Assembly (NCBI GenBank): GCA_965249575.1
Contig: OZ252244.1
Span: 864,001-928,000, forward strand
DNA from: Gemmatimonadales bacterium
GTDB lineage: Bacteria > Gemmatimonadota > Gemmatimonadetes > Gemmatimonadales > GWC2-71-9
Reading direction: 5' to 3'
DNA length: 64,000 bases
How positions within the stretch are numbered: the first letter of the stretch is position 1; every line of letters begins with the position of its first letter. Below the pieces are notes generated by a model. That model was given only the letters and a program-made list of their open reading frames with translations. It made no database searches and was not told the DNA's origin. The translations under genes and the position numbers were made by a program. Shown here one piece after another: positions 10,369 to 20,073 of this stretch.

Positions 10369-11701
10369 CTCTTGGCGCGACCTGAAGGCTCAAGGCGCGA
10401 TGGAGCCAAACCTGGAGGATCCCGGAGAGCTCCGTGTAGACAGGCGTCACAGGCCGGGGAACGGCGCTCTCGACCAGTTGGCGCGCACGCTCGGGCCGCA
10501 CCGGGAGTGCCTCCTCGAGGGCATCGCCATCATAGAGTGACCTCCGGGTGGGATACTGACCCGCAACGCGGGCGCGCTCGAGCATCTGGGCCGGCTCGGT
10601 CAAGAACTCGATGAGCCGGTAAGCTGCACCAGGGTGGTCGGAATGCGCGTTGATCGCCAACTGCGACCCGCCGAGTGCCGCCGCTGACCGCGCGTCGCGT
10701 TCCGCGGGCATGGGGGCGACCGCGAACTTCCCGGCTACGGTGGACTCGGCCGAGTCCTGAAGCAGCGAGTAGGCGTACGGCCAGTTCCTCATGAACGCCG
10801 CTCGGCCATTCTGAAAGGCAAAGCGGCTCTGCTCCTCCTGCCACGTCAGCACGGCGGCCGGCGTCAGCTCCCGATGGTGGACGGCCTCCACGAGGAAGGT
10901 GAGAGCCCGAACGGCCGCATCCGAGTCAACGTGGATCCCCCCCATGGAGTCCATGAGAGTCCCGCCAAACCCAACCACGTGCTCGAGAAACACCGTTACG
11001 AGTCCCTCGTACCGCGCGCCCTGCCACACGAATCCCAATGGCACATTTCGACGGGCTGCCGTCCCGAACTCCACCAACTCGTCGAAGGTCTCCGGCGCAC
11101 GGGGCATCAAGTCGGTCCGCCAATACAGCATGCCGACATCGACGAACCACGGAAGGGCATAGAGCACGCCATTCCACAGGTTGGCCTCGATCGTCGCGGG
11201 GATGAAGCTGTCGACAGGCGGCGTGAACCGGTCCAGCGGGAACAGCCATCCAGCTGCCGCGAATTCCGGAGTCCAGATAACGTCGAGTTGCAGGATGTCC
11301 GGGTCACTGGCTCGCGCGTTGAGCCACTGGACGTATAACTGATGCCGTTGGTCGGCAGCGTCGGGGGTTCGGCGCTGTACCACGGTGATCCCGGGGTGCA
11401 GTTCCATGAACCGACCCAGCTGCACGCGGAGCACCTCCGCCTCGGTGCCAACCGCGCTCGCTGGGAACGTCACGATGGTCTCGGAGCCGGGACGAGAGCC
11501 GGGCCCTTCGCACCCCCAGAGACCAGCTATCACCACACAGACCGGCACCGTCGGGCGACGCCCGAGCGCGCTGAACGCCGCTCCGCCTCGAGCAGCGGTG
11601 ATTGTTCGCAGGGCCGAGCGCACGACGGTGTGGAACCTCCCGAGGATTCGGGATCGATGAGGTCGAAGGAGCGGCGGCGACTTGGCGGCCTTGGCCCCCA
11701 C
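10286..11701 (-). CDS. Sugar ABC substrate-binding lipoprotein (trehalose/maltose-like); start uncertain
   Basis: Lipobox LWGC; DILQLDVIWTPEFAAAGWL, YEGLV, FMRNWPY, RPVTPVY. Confidence 0.88.
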   Translation of the reverse strand: MGAKAAKSPPLLRPHRSRILGRFHTVVRSALRTITAARGGAAFSALGRRPTVPVCVVIAGLWGCEGPGSRPGSETIVTFPASAVGTEAEVLRVQLGRFMELHPGITVVQRRTPDAADQRHQLYVQWLNARASDPDILQLDVIWTPEFAAAGWLFPLDRFTPPVDSFIPATIEANLWNGVLYALPWFVDVGMLYWRTDLMPRAPETFDELVEFGTAARRNVPLGFVWQGARYEGLVTVFLEHVVGFGGTLMDSMGGIHVDSDAAVRALTFLVEAVHHRELTPAAVLTWQEEQSRFAFQNGRAAFMRNWPYAYSLLQDSAESTVAGKFAVAPMPAERDARSAAALGGSQLAINAHSDHPGAAYRLIEFLTEPAQMLERARVAGQYPTRRSLYDGDALEEALPVRPERARQLVESAVPRPVTPVYTELSGILQVWLHRALSLQVAPRDALLAAAGEMRWLLDRVDLARRHPGGT

Positions 11702-11870
11702 GAACGCCGACCCACTGGACGGGGACCAACGGGATCAATATGATCCGTCATCGAGGTAGCCGCTATCGCGGAGCACTTCGCTGGACGTCGATACCTGGCG
11801 GGCGGGCGCCCGTGGGCGACGTCGCCGATTTCTACCGAGCCTACCCGTCGCACACCCAGCGGGAGTCGTC

Positions 11871-12101
11871 GTGAAGCTCTCGGACACAGCCATTCGCGCG
11901 ATCCTCCCGCTCCAGGGGGCCACGTACATTTGGGTGGTGGCGGATGACAAAGCGTCGCGTCGGGAGGTCGAGACCGGGGTGCGGCGGCCTGGGTTCGTGG
12001 AGGTTCGAAGCGGAATCGCCGTGGGCGACCACGTAGTGGTCGGGGGCCTCGAGCGGTTGTTCGACGGAGCATCCGTAGCGCCACGTATCACCGTCCGCTG
12101 A
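11871..12101 (+). pseudogene. Chimeric RND remnant: AcrB-like N-terminus joined to a membrane-fusion-protein C-terminus
   Basis: MKLSDTAIR resembles an RND permease start; AILPLQGATYIWVV...RREVETGVRRPGFVEVRSGIAVGDHVVVGG is an MFP C-terminal domain. Confidence 0.65.
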
Positions 12102-12169
12102 CACGATTCTCAGCTCGCCAGTCCTTTTGTGTGCATGGCCGGGCGCGCCCTTGCCACTGAAAGAAGTGC

Positions 12170-13876
12170 TTACGCTGAAATCTCGTGCGGCACTCCTGCG
12201 TGTCGCGGGACTCGAATCCGATCTACGAGCTGCTGTATTTCCGGCGGCGGCGGCGGGGTAAGGCTCGAGATCGTCCACGAAACGAGGAAGTTCAGCCCCA
12301 TCCCCACCGTACCGATTCCCTCCGGCGAGACCCCAAGCCACCAATGGTCCGCCGTATTCAATTCCGGAGCAAGCACATTAAAGTAGATGATATAGGCGGC
12401 GGTGAAACCGATACCGACGATCATGCCACTTACGGCACCATAGTGGTTTATCCGCTTGGAGAAGATGCCGAGAATGATCGCCGGGAAGAAAGAGGAGGCT
12501 GCCAGTCCGAAGGCAAGCGCCACGACCTCCGCGACGAAACCGGGCGGATTGATGCCGAAATAACCGGCAATAACGACCGCGCAACCGGCCGCCACCCGGG
12601 CCGTAATGAGTTCCCCTCGTTCGCTGATACCCGTGTACATCCCCTTCTTGAGCAGGTCGTGCGCCACTGAGGTCGAGATGACGAGGAGGAGCCCCGCGGC
12701 GGTCGAGAGAGCGGCCGCCAGGCCCCCCGCGGCGACCAAACCGGCCACCCAGGCGGGCAGCCGCGCGATCTCCGGGCTCGCCAGAACCATGATGTCACGA
12801 TCGATAGTGAGCTCGTTTGCGGCGGCTGCCGCTGGTCCGAGATACTGGATGATGCCGTCGCCGTTGTGATCGTCAAACCGCACCAGACCGGTCGTTTCCC
12901 AGTGAGTAAACCACGTAGGTACGTCACTGTACTCGGTGTTCGAGATCGTGGTGAGCAGATTCGTTCGGGCGAACGCCGCGACGGCCGGTGCCGTCGTATA
13001 CAGCAGCGCGACGAAGACGAGCGCCCAGCCAGCGGAGCTTCGCGCCGCCGCCACCTTGGGAACCGTATAGAACCGGACGATGACGTGTGGTAGACCAGCG
13101 GTCCCCACCATGAGGGCGGCAGTGATGAAGAGCACGTCGAGCGTCTCCTTCCGCCCGCTGGTGTACGCTGCAAATCCTAGGTCCTGGCTCAGTGCATCGA
13201 GTTTATCTAAGAGGTAGGTGCCCGACCCGTCGGCCACGGTGCCCCCGAAGCCGATTTGAGGAATGACATGTCCGGTCATGAGTAGCGAAATGAAGATCGC
13301 CGGTACGAGGTATGCGAAGATGAGGACGCAGTACTGCGCTACTTGAGTGTAGGTAATCCCCTTCATGCCGCCGAGCACGGCATAAAAGAACACGATGCCC
13401 ATCCCGATCAATACGCCAGTGTTGATGTCGACGTCGAGAAACCGGGAGAATACGATCCCGACGCCGCGCATCTGTCCGGCGACATATGTGAACGACACGA
13501 AGATCGCACAGACGACCGCGACCACGCGCGCCGTCTGCGAGTAGTAGCGGTCCCCAACAAAATCGGGAACGGTATACTTGCCGAATTTCCGGAGGTAGGG
13601 TGCCAGGAGGAGCGCGAGCAGCACGTACCCGCCAGTCCACCCCATGAGGTATACAGACCCGTCGCGTCCCATGAAGGAGATGAGGCCGGCCATCGAGATG
13701 AACGACGCGGCACTCATCCAATCCGCGGCCGTGGCCATACCATTCAACACCGGCGGCACCCGGCTACCCGCGATGTAAAATTCCCCGGTCGAGCGAGCCC
13801 GAGACCACACGGCCACGGCGATGTACAGGGCAAACGACAGGCCGACCATCACGAATGCCCACCCTTGCACGCTCAC
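12170..13876 (-). CDS. actP: Sodium:solute symporter, ActP-like acetate permease family
   Basis: NGMATAADWMSAASFIS, FGKYTVPDFVGDRY, GTAGLPHVIVRFYT, AAALSTAAGLLL; no RBS and no small partner gene upstream. Confidence 0.85.
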   Translation of the reverse strand: MSVQGWAFVMVGLSFALYIAVAVWSRARSTGEFYIAGSRVPPVLNGMATAADWMSAASFISMAGLISFMGRDGSVYLMGWTGGYVLLALLLAPYLRKFGKYTVPDFVGDRYYSQTARVVAVVCAIFVSFTYVAGQMRGVGIVFSRFLDVDINTGVLIGMGIVFFYAVLGGMKGITYTQVAQYCVLIFAYLVPAIFISLLMTGHVIPQIGFGGTVADGSGTYLLDKLDALSQDLGFAAYTSGRKETLDVLFITAALMVGTAGLPHVIVRFYTVPKVAAARSSAGWALVFVALLYTTAPAVAAFARTNLLTTISNTEYSDVPTWFTHWETTGLVRFDDHNGDGIIQYLGPAAAAANELTIDRDIMVLASPEIARLPAWVAGLVAAGGLAAALSTAAGLLLVISTSVAHDLLKKGMYTGISERGELITARVAAGCAVVIAGYFGINPPGFVAEVVALAFGLAASSFFPAIILGIFSKRINHYGAVSGMIVGIGFTAAYIIYFNVLAPELNTADHWWLGVSPEGIGTVGMGLNFLVSWTISSLTPPPPPEIQQLVDRIRVPRHAGVPHEISA

Positions 13877-13881
13877 GAGGG

Positions 13882-14355
13882 CTCGCCGGGGGCGGCGGCA
13901 GCGTGTCAGGGACGTCCCAGACGACCGACGCGAGTGGCTTTGCGGCCGTTGGCAACTGGACCATGGGACCCGCGAGGGGTCCGAACACGCTGACCGCCAC
14001 GTCGGGCACGGTAACCGGCAGCCCGCTCACCCTGACGGTTCAAGGGACCTGGTCGCTGGCGACTCACGTGCAGCCGCAGGTCCTGGACAACTGCCTCGCG
14101 TGCCACGACAATTTTATCGCCCCCGACGTCGGTGACGCCGCGACCTCCTATCAAACGCTGCTGAACGGCAACGGTACGATGACCAGGTATGTCACGCCCG
14201 GAGACACCCCCAGCGACGGCTCGACCTTCGGTATCCTGTTGTTCAGGCTCAGGAACACCGCGGCTCCCATGCCTCCAGGTACCCCCTTGTCCGTTGCCAA
14301 CCCGACGTTGTATGACCTCATACGCGATTGGGCGCTGGACGGCGCGCTCCCCTGA
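13882..14355 (+). pseudogene. 5'-truncated Ig-like (Big_1-type) plus c-type cytochrome domain protein
   Basis: GGGSVSGTSQTTDASGFAAVGNWTMG...NTLTAT (Ig strands), then CLACH...MPP...LIRDWALDGA; no start or signal peptide. Confidence 0.65.
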
Positions 14356-14387
14356 GGCTCGAGGTTCCCGGAAACACCGCCAAATCA

Positions 14388-14414
14388 AAGCGCCCGGCCG
14401 ACGGCCGGGCGCTT
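14388..14414. terminator. Intrinsic terminator hairpin between convergent genes
   Basis: Perfect 12-bp stem AAGCGCCCGGCC-GAC-GGCCGGGCGCTT; T-rich tail on the minus strand. Confidence 0.75.
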
Positions 14415-14436
14415 GGCATTCCGGGTGGCGCGAACT

Positions 14437-15561
14437 TCAAAAACTGTACTCGAGGCCACCCGTCCAGATGAAGTCGGGCTGGAGCGAGACCTTTCGCATC
14501 GGGGCGATGCCGTTGATGACGAGCGTCGTCCCGCCACGCACGGTGAACTTCATCCCTACGGACGCGTTCAAGACGTTCTCCCGTTTCTCCGGCACGGTGG
14601 TGGTCTGCACGCGCCGGGGGCGCGGGAATTCGTAAACCGCCTCGCCCGGCAGCTGAATCTTGTTCTCACCGAGCTGCCATTCTGAAATCAGGTCAAAGGC
14701 CAACGTCGCCCACGGGGTCATGAGCTGATCGAATCCGATCGTCGCCAGGATGGCGTCGTTCTGTCTGGCACCCGTGCGCGCCAGGTACCCCGCATTGATG
14801 TGAGGCGAGAAGCTGCTGAACTGCGCGGCCACGATGGCCAACCCGCGCACGGTGGTCGCCCCACTGCCCAGGAGGTTCGACTCTTCCCCGGTCGGGAACC
14901 GCACGTCGCCGAGGATGGCCGCTCCCACCGAACGGGACTGGCCAAGGTTGATCTTGATCCGGCCGGCCACGTCGCCGATGCCGGTGGCAGTACCGTCGAT
15001 TGCCGCAGCGGCCCGCAGTATCGGGTTCGCCGCGTCCCCACCGAAGAAGTGGAGCAGGGATGGCTCGATTGGGATGACCTGTGCCTCGCTGTTGCCCCGA
15101 ATCGACGTGCGCACGAAGGGGACGGCGACCCCGATGTCGATGAAATCCGTCAGTCCGGCGGTCAGGAATAAGGAGCTCACTAGCAAATCGATATCGAGCG
15201 CCAGATTGACCTCAATGAAATCGTTTTCGAAGTTCGGGTCTCCGAGTCCTGGGCTGCCGATCGACGGCACGTCCTGGTGTACGAGGTTGAGCAAAATATT
15301 GTCGGTGGGCACACCATTCAGGCTGGAGAACTGGATTCCCGTGACGTTGGCCCCGATGAAGAACCGGCCCCGCCCGACCGTTTGCGACCGCTCGCCGAAG
15401 ACCGGCCCCGATGACACCGACGTCTTGACTGGCAATCCGCCAACGATGCTGAAGGTCACACCGCTGCTGGCCGCGCTGATCGGCGTGCTGGCAACGCTGC
15501 GCCCGACCGCCGCGTTGATGAAATCGATGACCGCCTGGTTGCCAGCGGCGCTCGCCGGCAA
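14437..15561 (-). pseudogene. 5'-truncated outer-membrane transporter (MetA-pathway/phenol-degradation-like barrel)
   Basis: GPVFGERSQTVGRG, GIGDVAGRIK, RFPTGEESNLLGSG, C-terminus GGLEYSF; begins abruptly at LPASAAGN with no signal peptide. Confidence 0.65.
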
Positions 15562-15566
15562 GCCCG

Positions 15567-15809
15567 GGAGGCTTTCACAACATCTTCGCGTATCGCCACT
15601 CCGACGGCCGCGCCCTGCTGTTCGCAACAGTCAGCGGTGCGCACGCGAACGTCTATGACATGGAGCGATTTGTGGGTGGCGATCATAACGGGGCACTGAT
15701 CGCACGGATCCCTAATCCGAACCCCGACTCCCGGATTACCATCGGCTATCACGATTTCTACGTCGGCTATGATCCGGCCACCCGGCAGGACAAGTTCTAT
15801 GGCGCTGCC
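15567..15809 (+). pseudogene. Internal fragment of an LVIVD-repeat protein
   Basis: GGFHNIFAYRHSDGRALL...GYHDFYVGYDPATRQDKFYGA matches HVFPYRHSDGRTLL...GYHDTYVAYDPATRQDKLYGA in 41295-42671. Confidence 0.8.
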
Positions 15810-17063
15810 TCAGCGAGAGACGGTACCTGGATCGCTCGCCGAGGCCTCGATCGCCGCCTCCCCCGTAAACAGGCGCTCGACAACGACGGACGTCGCCATG
15901 TGGCCCGTGACGTTGGTGGCGGTGCGGCACATGTCGGGGATCCGGTCGACGCCGAGCAGTACGGCGAGACCCGCGATCGGGACGCCTACCACCTCTAGAG
16001 CCGGCGCCAGCGTCACCACGCCGCTGCTCGGGACTCCGGTCACCGTGAGCGAGACGAAGAACGTCGCCAGGATCGCGCCGCCCACCACGGTCGGCGGAAT
16101 CGTGACGCCGTACAGGGACGCCAGGAAGATGATACTCGCTCCCTGGAAGAGCGCGCTGCCGGCGCGGTTGATGGACGCGCCGAGGGAAAGCACCAGTCCT
16201 GCCACGGGACGGGAAATCCGCAATTCGTCTTGGGCGGACTCCATCATCGCCGGCAGGCTCGCCGCCGAGCTCGTGGTAGAGAACGCAATGACGCTGGGCC
16301 CTACCAACGCGCGCAGAAACAGCCGGACGGGCATGTGTCCCAGGAATCTCACCGCGGGCAGATACACGGCTGCGATGAATATCGTGAGTCCCACAGCGAC
16401 GGTGGCGACGAAGGCGACCAGGCTCTGCAACATCGCCCAACCCGACCTCGCGGTCACCGGCGCGGCCAAGGCAAACACGCCAACTGGTGCAGTCCAGAGA
16501 ATCCAATGCACGAGCCGAATCAGCGCGCCCGTGAGCGCGTCCGCGATCGACATGAGCCGTGCTTTGTGTTCGCCTGGAAGCGTTCCCGTCGCGGCGGCAA
16601 AGAGGATGGTGAATACGATGAGCGGCAGCAGCTCGCCTCTCGCGGCAGCCTCGAAGGGATTGGAGGGAATGAGCCCGAGTAGGAAATCGATGGTGGTGGG
16701 CAACTCTTGCGCAGTCTCCCCCGCCGCGGGCGCTGCCACGGTGACCGGGGCCAGCGGAAGGGCTACCTTCATCAGAACCATACCGATGACGATGGCGATG
16801 AAGGTCGTGACCCAGAAGAACAAGAGCGTGAATCCGCCCAGCCGGCTCAGTTTCCTCGGATCTCCCAGTTGGGCGACGCCGACGAACAGGCTCGTCACGA
16901 CGAGCGGAATTACGACCATGCGCACGAGATTCATGAATGCCGTGCCGATAGGCGTCACTCCCTCGGCGAGGCCGTGGAGCACAGGAGAGCCTGTGGCCGA
17001 GGCCAGCAGGCCGAGCGCCAGGCCGGCAAACAGGCCGAGCGCGATCGCGACGCTACGTGTCAT
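15810..17063 (-). CDS. Dicarboxylate/amino acid:cation symporter (DAACS, GltP/DctA-like)
   Basis: FMNLVRMVVIPLV, LIPSNPF, AFSTTSSAASLP, LGVDRIPDMCRTATNVTG. Confidence 0.92.
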   Translation of the reverse strand: MTRSVAIALGLFAGLALGLLASATGSPVLHGLAEGVTPIGTAFMNLVRMVVIPLVVTSLFVGVAQLGDPRKLSRLGGFTLLFFWVTTFIAIVIGMVLMKVALPLAPVTVAAPAAGETAQELPTTIDFLLGLIPSNPFEAAARGELLPLIVFTILFAAATGTLPGEHKARLMSIADALTGALIRLVHWILWTAPVGVFALAAPVTARSGWAMLQSLVAFVATVAVGLTIFIAAVYLPAVRFLGHMPVRLFLRALVGPSVIAFSTTSSAASLPAMMESAQDELRISRPVAGLVLSLGASINRAGSALFQGASIIFLASLYGVTIPPTVVGGAILATFFVSLTVTGVPSSGVVTLAPALEVVGVPIAGLAVLLGVDRIPDMCRTATNVTGHMATSVVVERLFTGEAAIEASASDPGTVSR

Positions 17064-17167
17064 CGTCCACCGAGAAGCAGTAGATCCTCGAGATCGAGAG
17101 ATGGAAGCAGGAAGCGACGTGTCAGCCGCCCGCGACTTTAACACCAACTTCGGTTGAGAGCAACGGC

Positions 17168-18691
17168 TTGCTACCTATAGACTTCCTCTACCGGGGCCTG
17201 CGGCGCAACCCGTCGGCGGTCGCCGTTCGTGGGGGGGGCGAGACCCTCACGTACCACGAGTTCGTCACCAGGGTGGAGGCGTTGGCCGCCGGCCTCCAGG
17301 ACACCGATCCGAATCCCCATTCGCGGGTGGGGATCTGCGCCTATAACACCATCGAGCACATGACCGCGCTGCTCGCCACCTACGCCGCCGGGAAGGTGTG
17401 GGTCCCGCTCAACCCGCGAAACGGCAAGGCCGAGCTCGACGCGACCATCGAATCGGTACAGGTCTCACTCATCGTCGCCGACGAGTCGTGCCTCGACCGT
17501 TTCAGTCGACCCGACGTTCCACTGATCGTGGGCCGAACCACGACATCCCCGAAGGCGCGAGACACGGTGGCTGGACTGATTGATCGGTTTCGCGGACGCG
17601 CGCCTCAACGCCTTCATCCGTCCCTCGACGGCGCTCAGGCGATCAAGCATACCGGCGGGTCGACTGGCCGACCGAAGGGCGTGATCCAGCCCTACCGCTG
17701 CATCAACACGCAGGCCGTTAGCGTGCTTCACGCGTTCGACTACGACCAACAGGAATGCAACCTCATCGCCGCACCACTCACGCACGGAACGTCGTGCTTC
17801 GTCCTTCCGGTCTTTGCCCAGGGAGGGCAGCAGGTCTTGCTGGAGACGCCGACGCCGGCCACGATTCTCGACGCGTTCGTGGAGTACGGTGTCACCACCG
17901 TCTTTCTCCCGCCGACCCTCATTCACATGCTCATGGCGGAGCCCGGTGTTGAATCCGGGTCGTGGAGCGCCCTTCGGCACATGATCTATTCGGCCGCCCC
18001 AATGACACCGGAAAAGATTACCGCGGCTCGAGAGATCTTCGGTAACGTGATCGAGACAGCCTACGGGCAGGTCGAGGCCCCAGGAATCATCACCGCGATG
18101 CGGGCTGCCGAGCTTTCGCCGGACACGCTCGCGTCGGTCGGGCGATCTAGTCTGCTCACGCGCGTGGAGATCATGGGGCCGGACGGCGCGTTACTGCCGG
18201 CGGGGGAGCTAGGGGAGGTCGTCGTCCGGGGTGATTTGGTGATGTCGGGATACCTCGACATGCCCGACCGCACGGCGCAAGCCATCGGGGATGGCTGGCT
18301 GCACACAGGCGACCTCGGCGCGCTGGACGACCGAGGGTACCTGTACCTCAAGAGCAGAATGAGCGATATGATCATCAGTGGCGGCTTCAACGTCTATCCG
18401 GCGGACGTCGAATCCGCTCTTTCCGGACACCCGGCGGTCTATGAATGCTGCGTCTACGGAGTGGAAGATGACAAATGGGGCGAGGCCGTCCATGCCGCCG
18501 TGCGGCTGCACCGAGACCGCGTGGCAACCGAAATCGAGCTGATCACGTTCGTCAAGCAACGCCTCGACTCAGTGAAGGCACCGAAACGGATTCACCTCGT
18601 CGAAGACCTGCCGCGGAACCCCGTCGGTAAAGTGTCGAGGCGTAGCGTTCGGAAGGCGATGCAGCACATACTAGCGGTCAAAGACGAGTAG
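17168..18691 (+). CDS. AMP-dependent acyl-CoA synthetase/ligase
   Basis: HTGGSTGRPKG, YGQVE, WLHTGD, IISGGFNVYP, LPRNPVGK. Confidence 0.93.
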   Translation: MLPIDFLYRGLRRNPSAVAVRGGGETLTYHEFVTRVEALAAGLQDTDPNPHSRVGICAYNTIEHMTALLATYAAGKVWVPLNPRNGKAELDATIESVQVSLIVADESCLDRFSRPDVPLIVGRTTTSPKARDTVAGLIDRFRGRAPQRLHPSLDGAQAIKHTGGSTGRPKGVIQPYRCINTQAVSVLHAFDYDQQECNLIAAPLTHGTSCFVLPVFAQGGQQVLLETPTPATILDAFVEYGVTTVFLPPTLIHMLMAEPGVESGSWSALRHMIYSAAPMTPEKITAAREIFGNVIETAYGQVEAPGIITAMRAAELSPDTLASVGRSSLLTRVEIMGPDGALLPAGELGEVVVRGDLVMSGYLDMPDRTAQAIGDGWLHTGDLGALDDRGYLYLKSRMSDMIISGGFNVYPADVESALSGHPAVYECCVYGVEDDKWGEAVHAAVRLHRDRVATEIELITFVKQRLDSVKAPKRIHLVEDLPRNPVGKVSRRSVRKAMQHILAVKDE

Positions 18692-18708
18692 AATGTGGAG
18701 GGACAGCG

Positions 18709-20073
18709 TTGAAATCTGACGGTGTTCGCGAGCGCGTCGAAAAAGCCTACCGAGATCGCACTCCCCGCTCAGTCGCTCTCCACCGGCGTGCAACCAGGTA
18801 CTTCCCCGGCGGGGTGACCAGGTCCGTCATGACCTTCCAGCCTCATCCGACCTATATGGCGGGTGGCGCTGGCTGCACCCTCACCGACGTCGACGGGAAC
18901 GAGTATCTGGATTTCGTCAACAATTTCGGCTCGCTGATTCACGGTCATGCGCATCCGAAGATCGTGGCGGCACTTGGCGAGCAAAGTGTCCGGGGGACCG
19001 ACTACGGGGGCCCCACCGAATCGCAGATCACCCTCGTGGAAATGCTTTGCGATCGCCTCCCATCGCTCGAGCAGTTACGGTTTACCAATTCCGGGACCGA
19101 GGCGGTGCTGTACGCCATCCGAGCGGCCCGCGCCTATACCGGGCGGCCCGCGATTCTCAAGATGGAGGGGGGATATCACGGCGGGTACGACTCGGTACTG
19201 GTGAGCGTCGATCCGGGAACGGACACGCCCGCATGGCCCACGGGCCGCCCGTCGGGCCCCGGCCTGCCCCCTTCCGTCACCGAAGACACGCTCGTTGCAC
19301 CGCTTAACGACCTCGCGACCGCACGCGACCTCGTGATGAAACACCGGCACCGGCTCGCGGCAGTGATCGTCGAGCCCGTGACCATTCGGGGTGCGATCGT
19401 CGCGGAGGACGATTTCATCCGAGGGCTGCGCGACCTCACTCTCGAGGCCGGCGTGCTTCTCATCATCGATGAGGTAGTCACGTTTCGCCTGGCCCGCGGC
19501 GGGGCACAGGAGTTGGCCGGCGTCCGCCCAGACCTGACCACTCTCGGGAAAATCATCGGCGGAGGACTGCCCGTCGGTGCGTTTGGGGGCCGCGCCGACA
19601 TCATGGCGCGGTTCGACCCTCATGGAAACGACCCCGTGCACCACTCCGGGACGTTCGCGGGAAATCCCCTGACCGTCGCCTCGAGCATCACCGCACTCGA
19701 GCTGTTCACATCCTCGGAGATCCGGTGAATAAGCGACCTCGGGGACCGTTTCCGATCGAAGATCGCCGAAGTCCTCGATCGCGCCGGCGTGCCGGCTTGC
19801 GTAACGGGACGGGGCTCGCTGGTCGGAGTTCATGTGTGCGACGAACCTATTGGCGACTATCGCGCGCTCGCCCGAAGCAACCGGAGGGCGACAGGGCTCC
19901 TTCACGTAGCGCTCCTGAACCGCGGGATATTCTCTCGAGCTTCGGGGGCGTTCTACCTTTCGACTCCGATGCGCAATGCCGACGTCACGCGCGCAGTCGA
20001 TGCGTTCGCTGCGGCCGTGGCCGAGACCGCACCCTCGCTGAGACCCGCAGCGCCGCGCTCGGCGTTGGCATGA
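18709..20073 (+). pseudogene. Class III aminotransferase (GSA-aminomutase-like) with in-frame TGA at 19726-19728
   Basis: FTNSGTEA, LLIIDEVVT, TLGKIIGGG, HSGTFAGNP; the same frame continues ISDLGDRFR...ALLNRGI to 20073. Confidence 0.85.

Noticed and set aside
19726..19728. In-frame TGA as selenocysteine
   Set aside because: The context suggests Arg in a non-catalytic helix, no SECIS-like hairpin was recognised, and this family is not known for selenoproteins.
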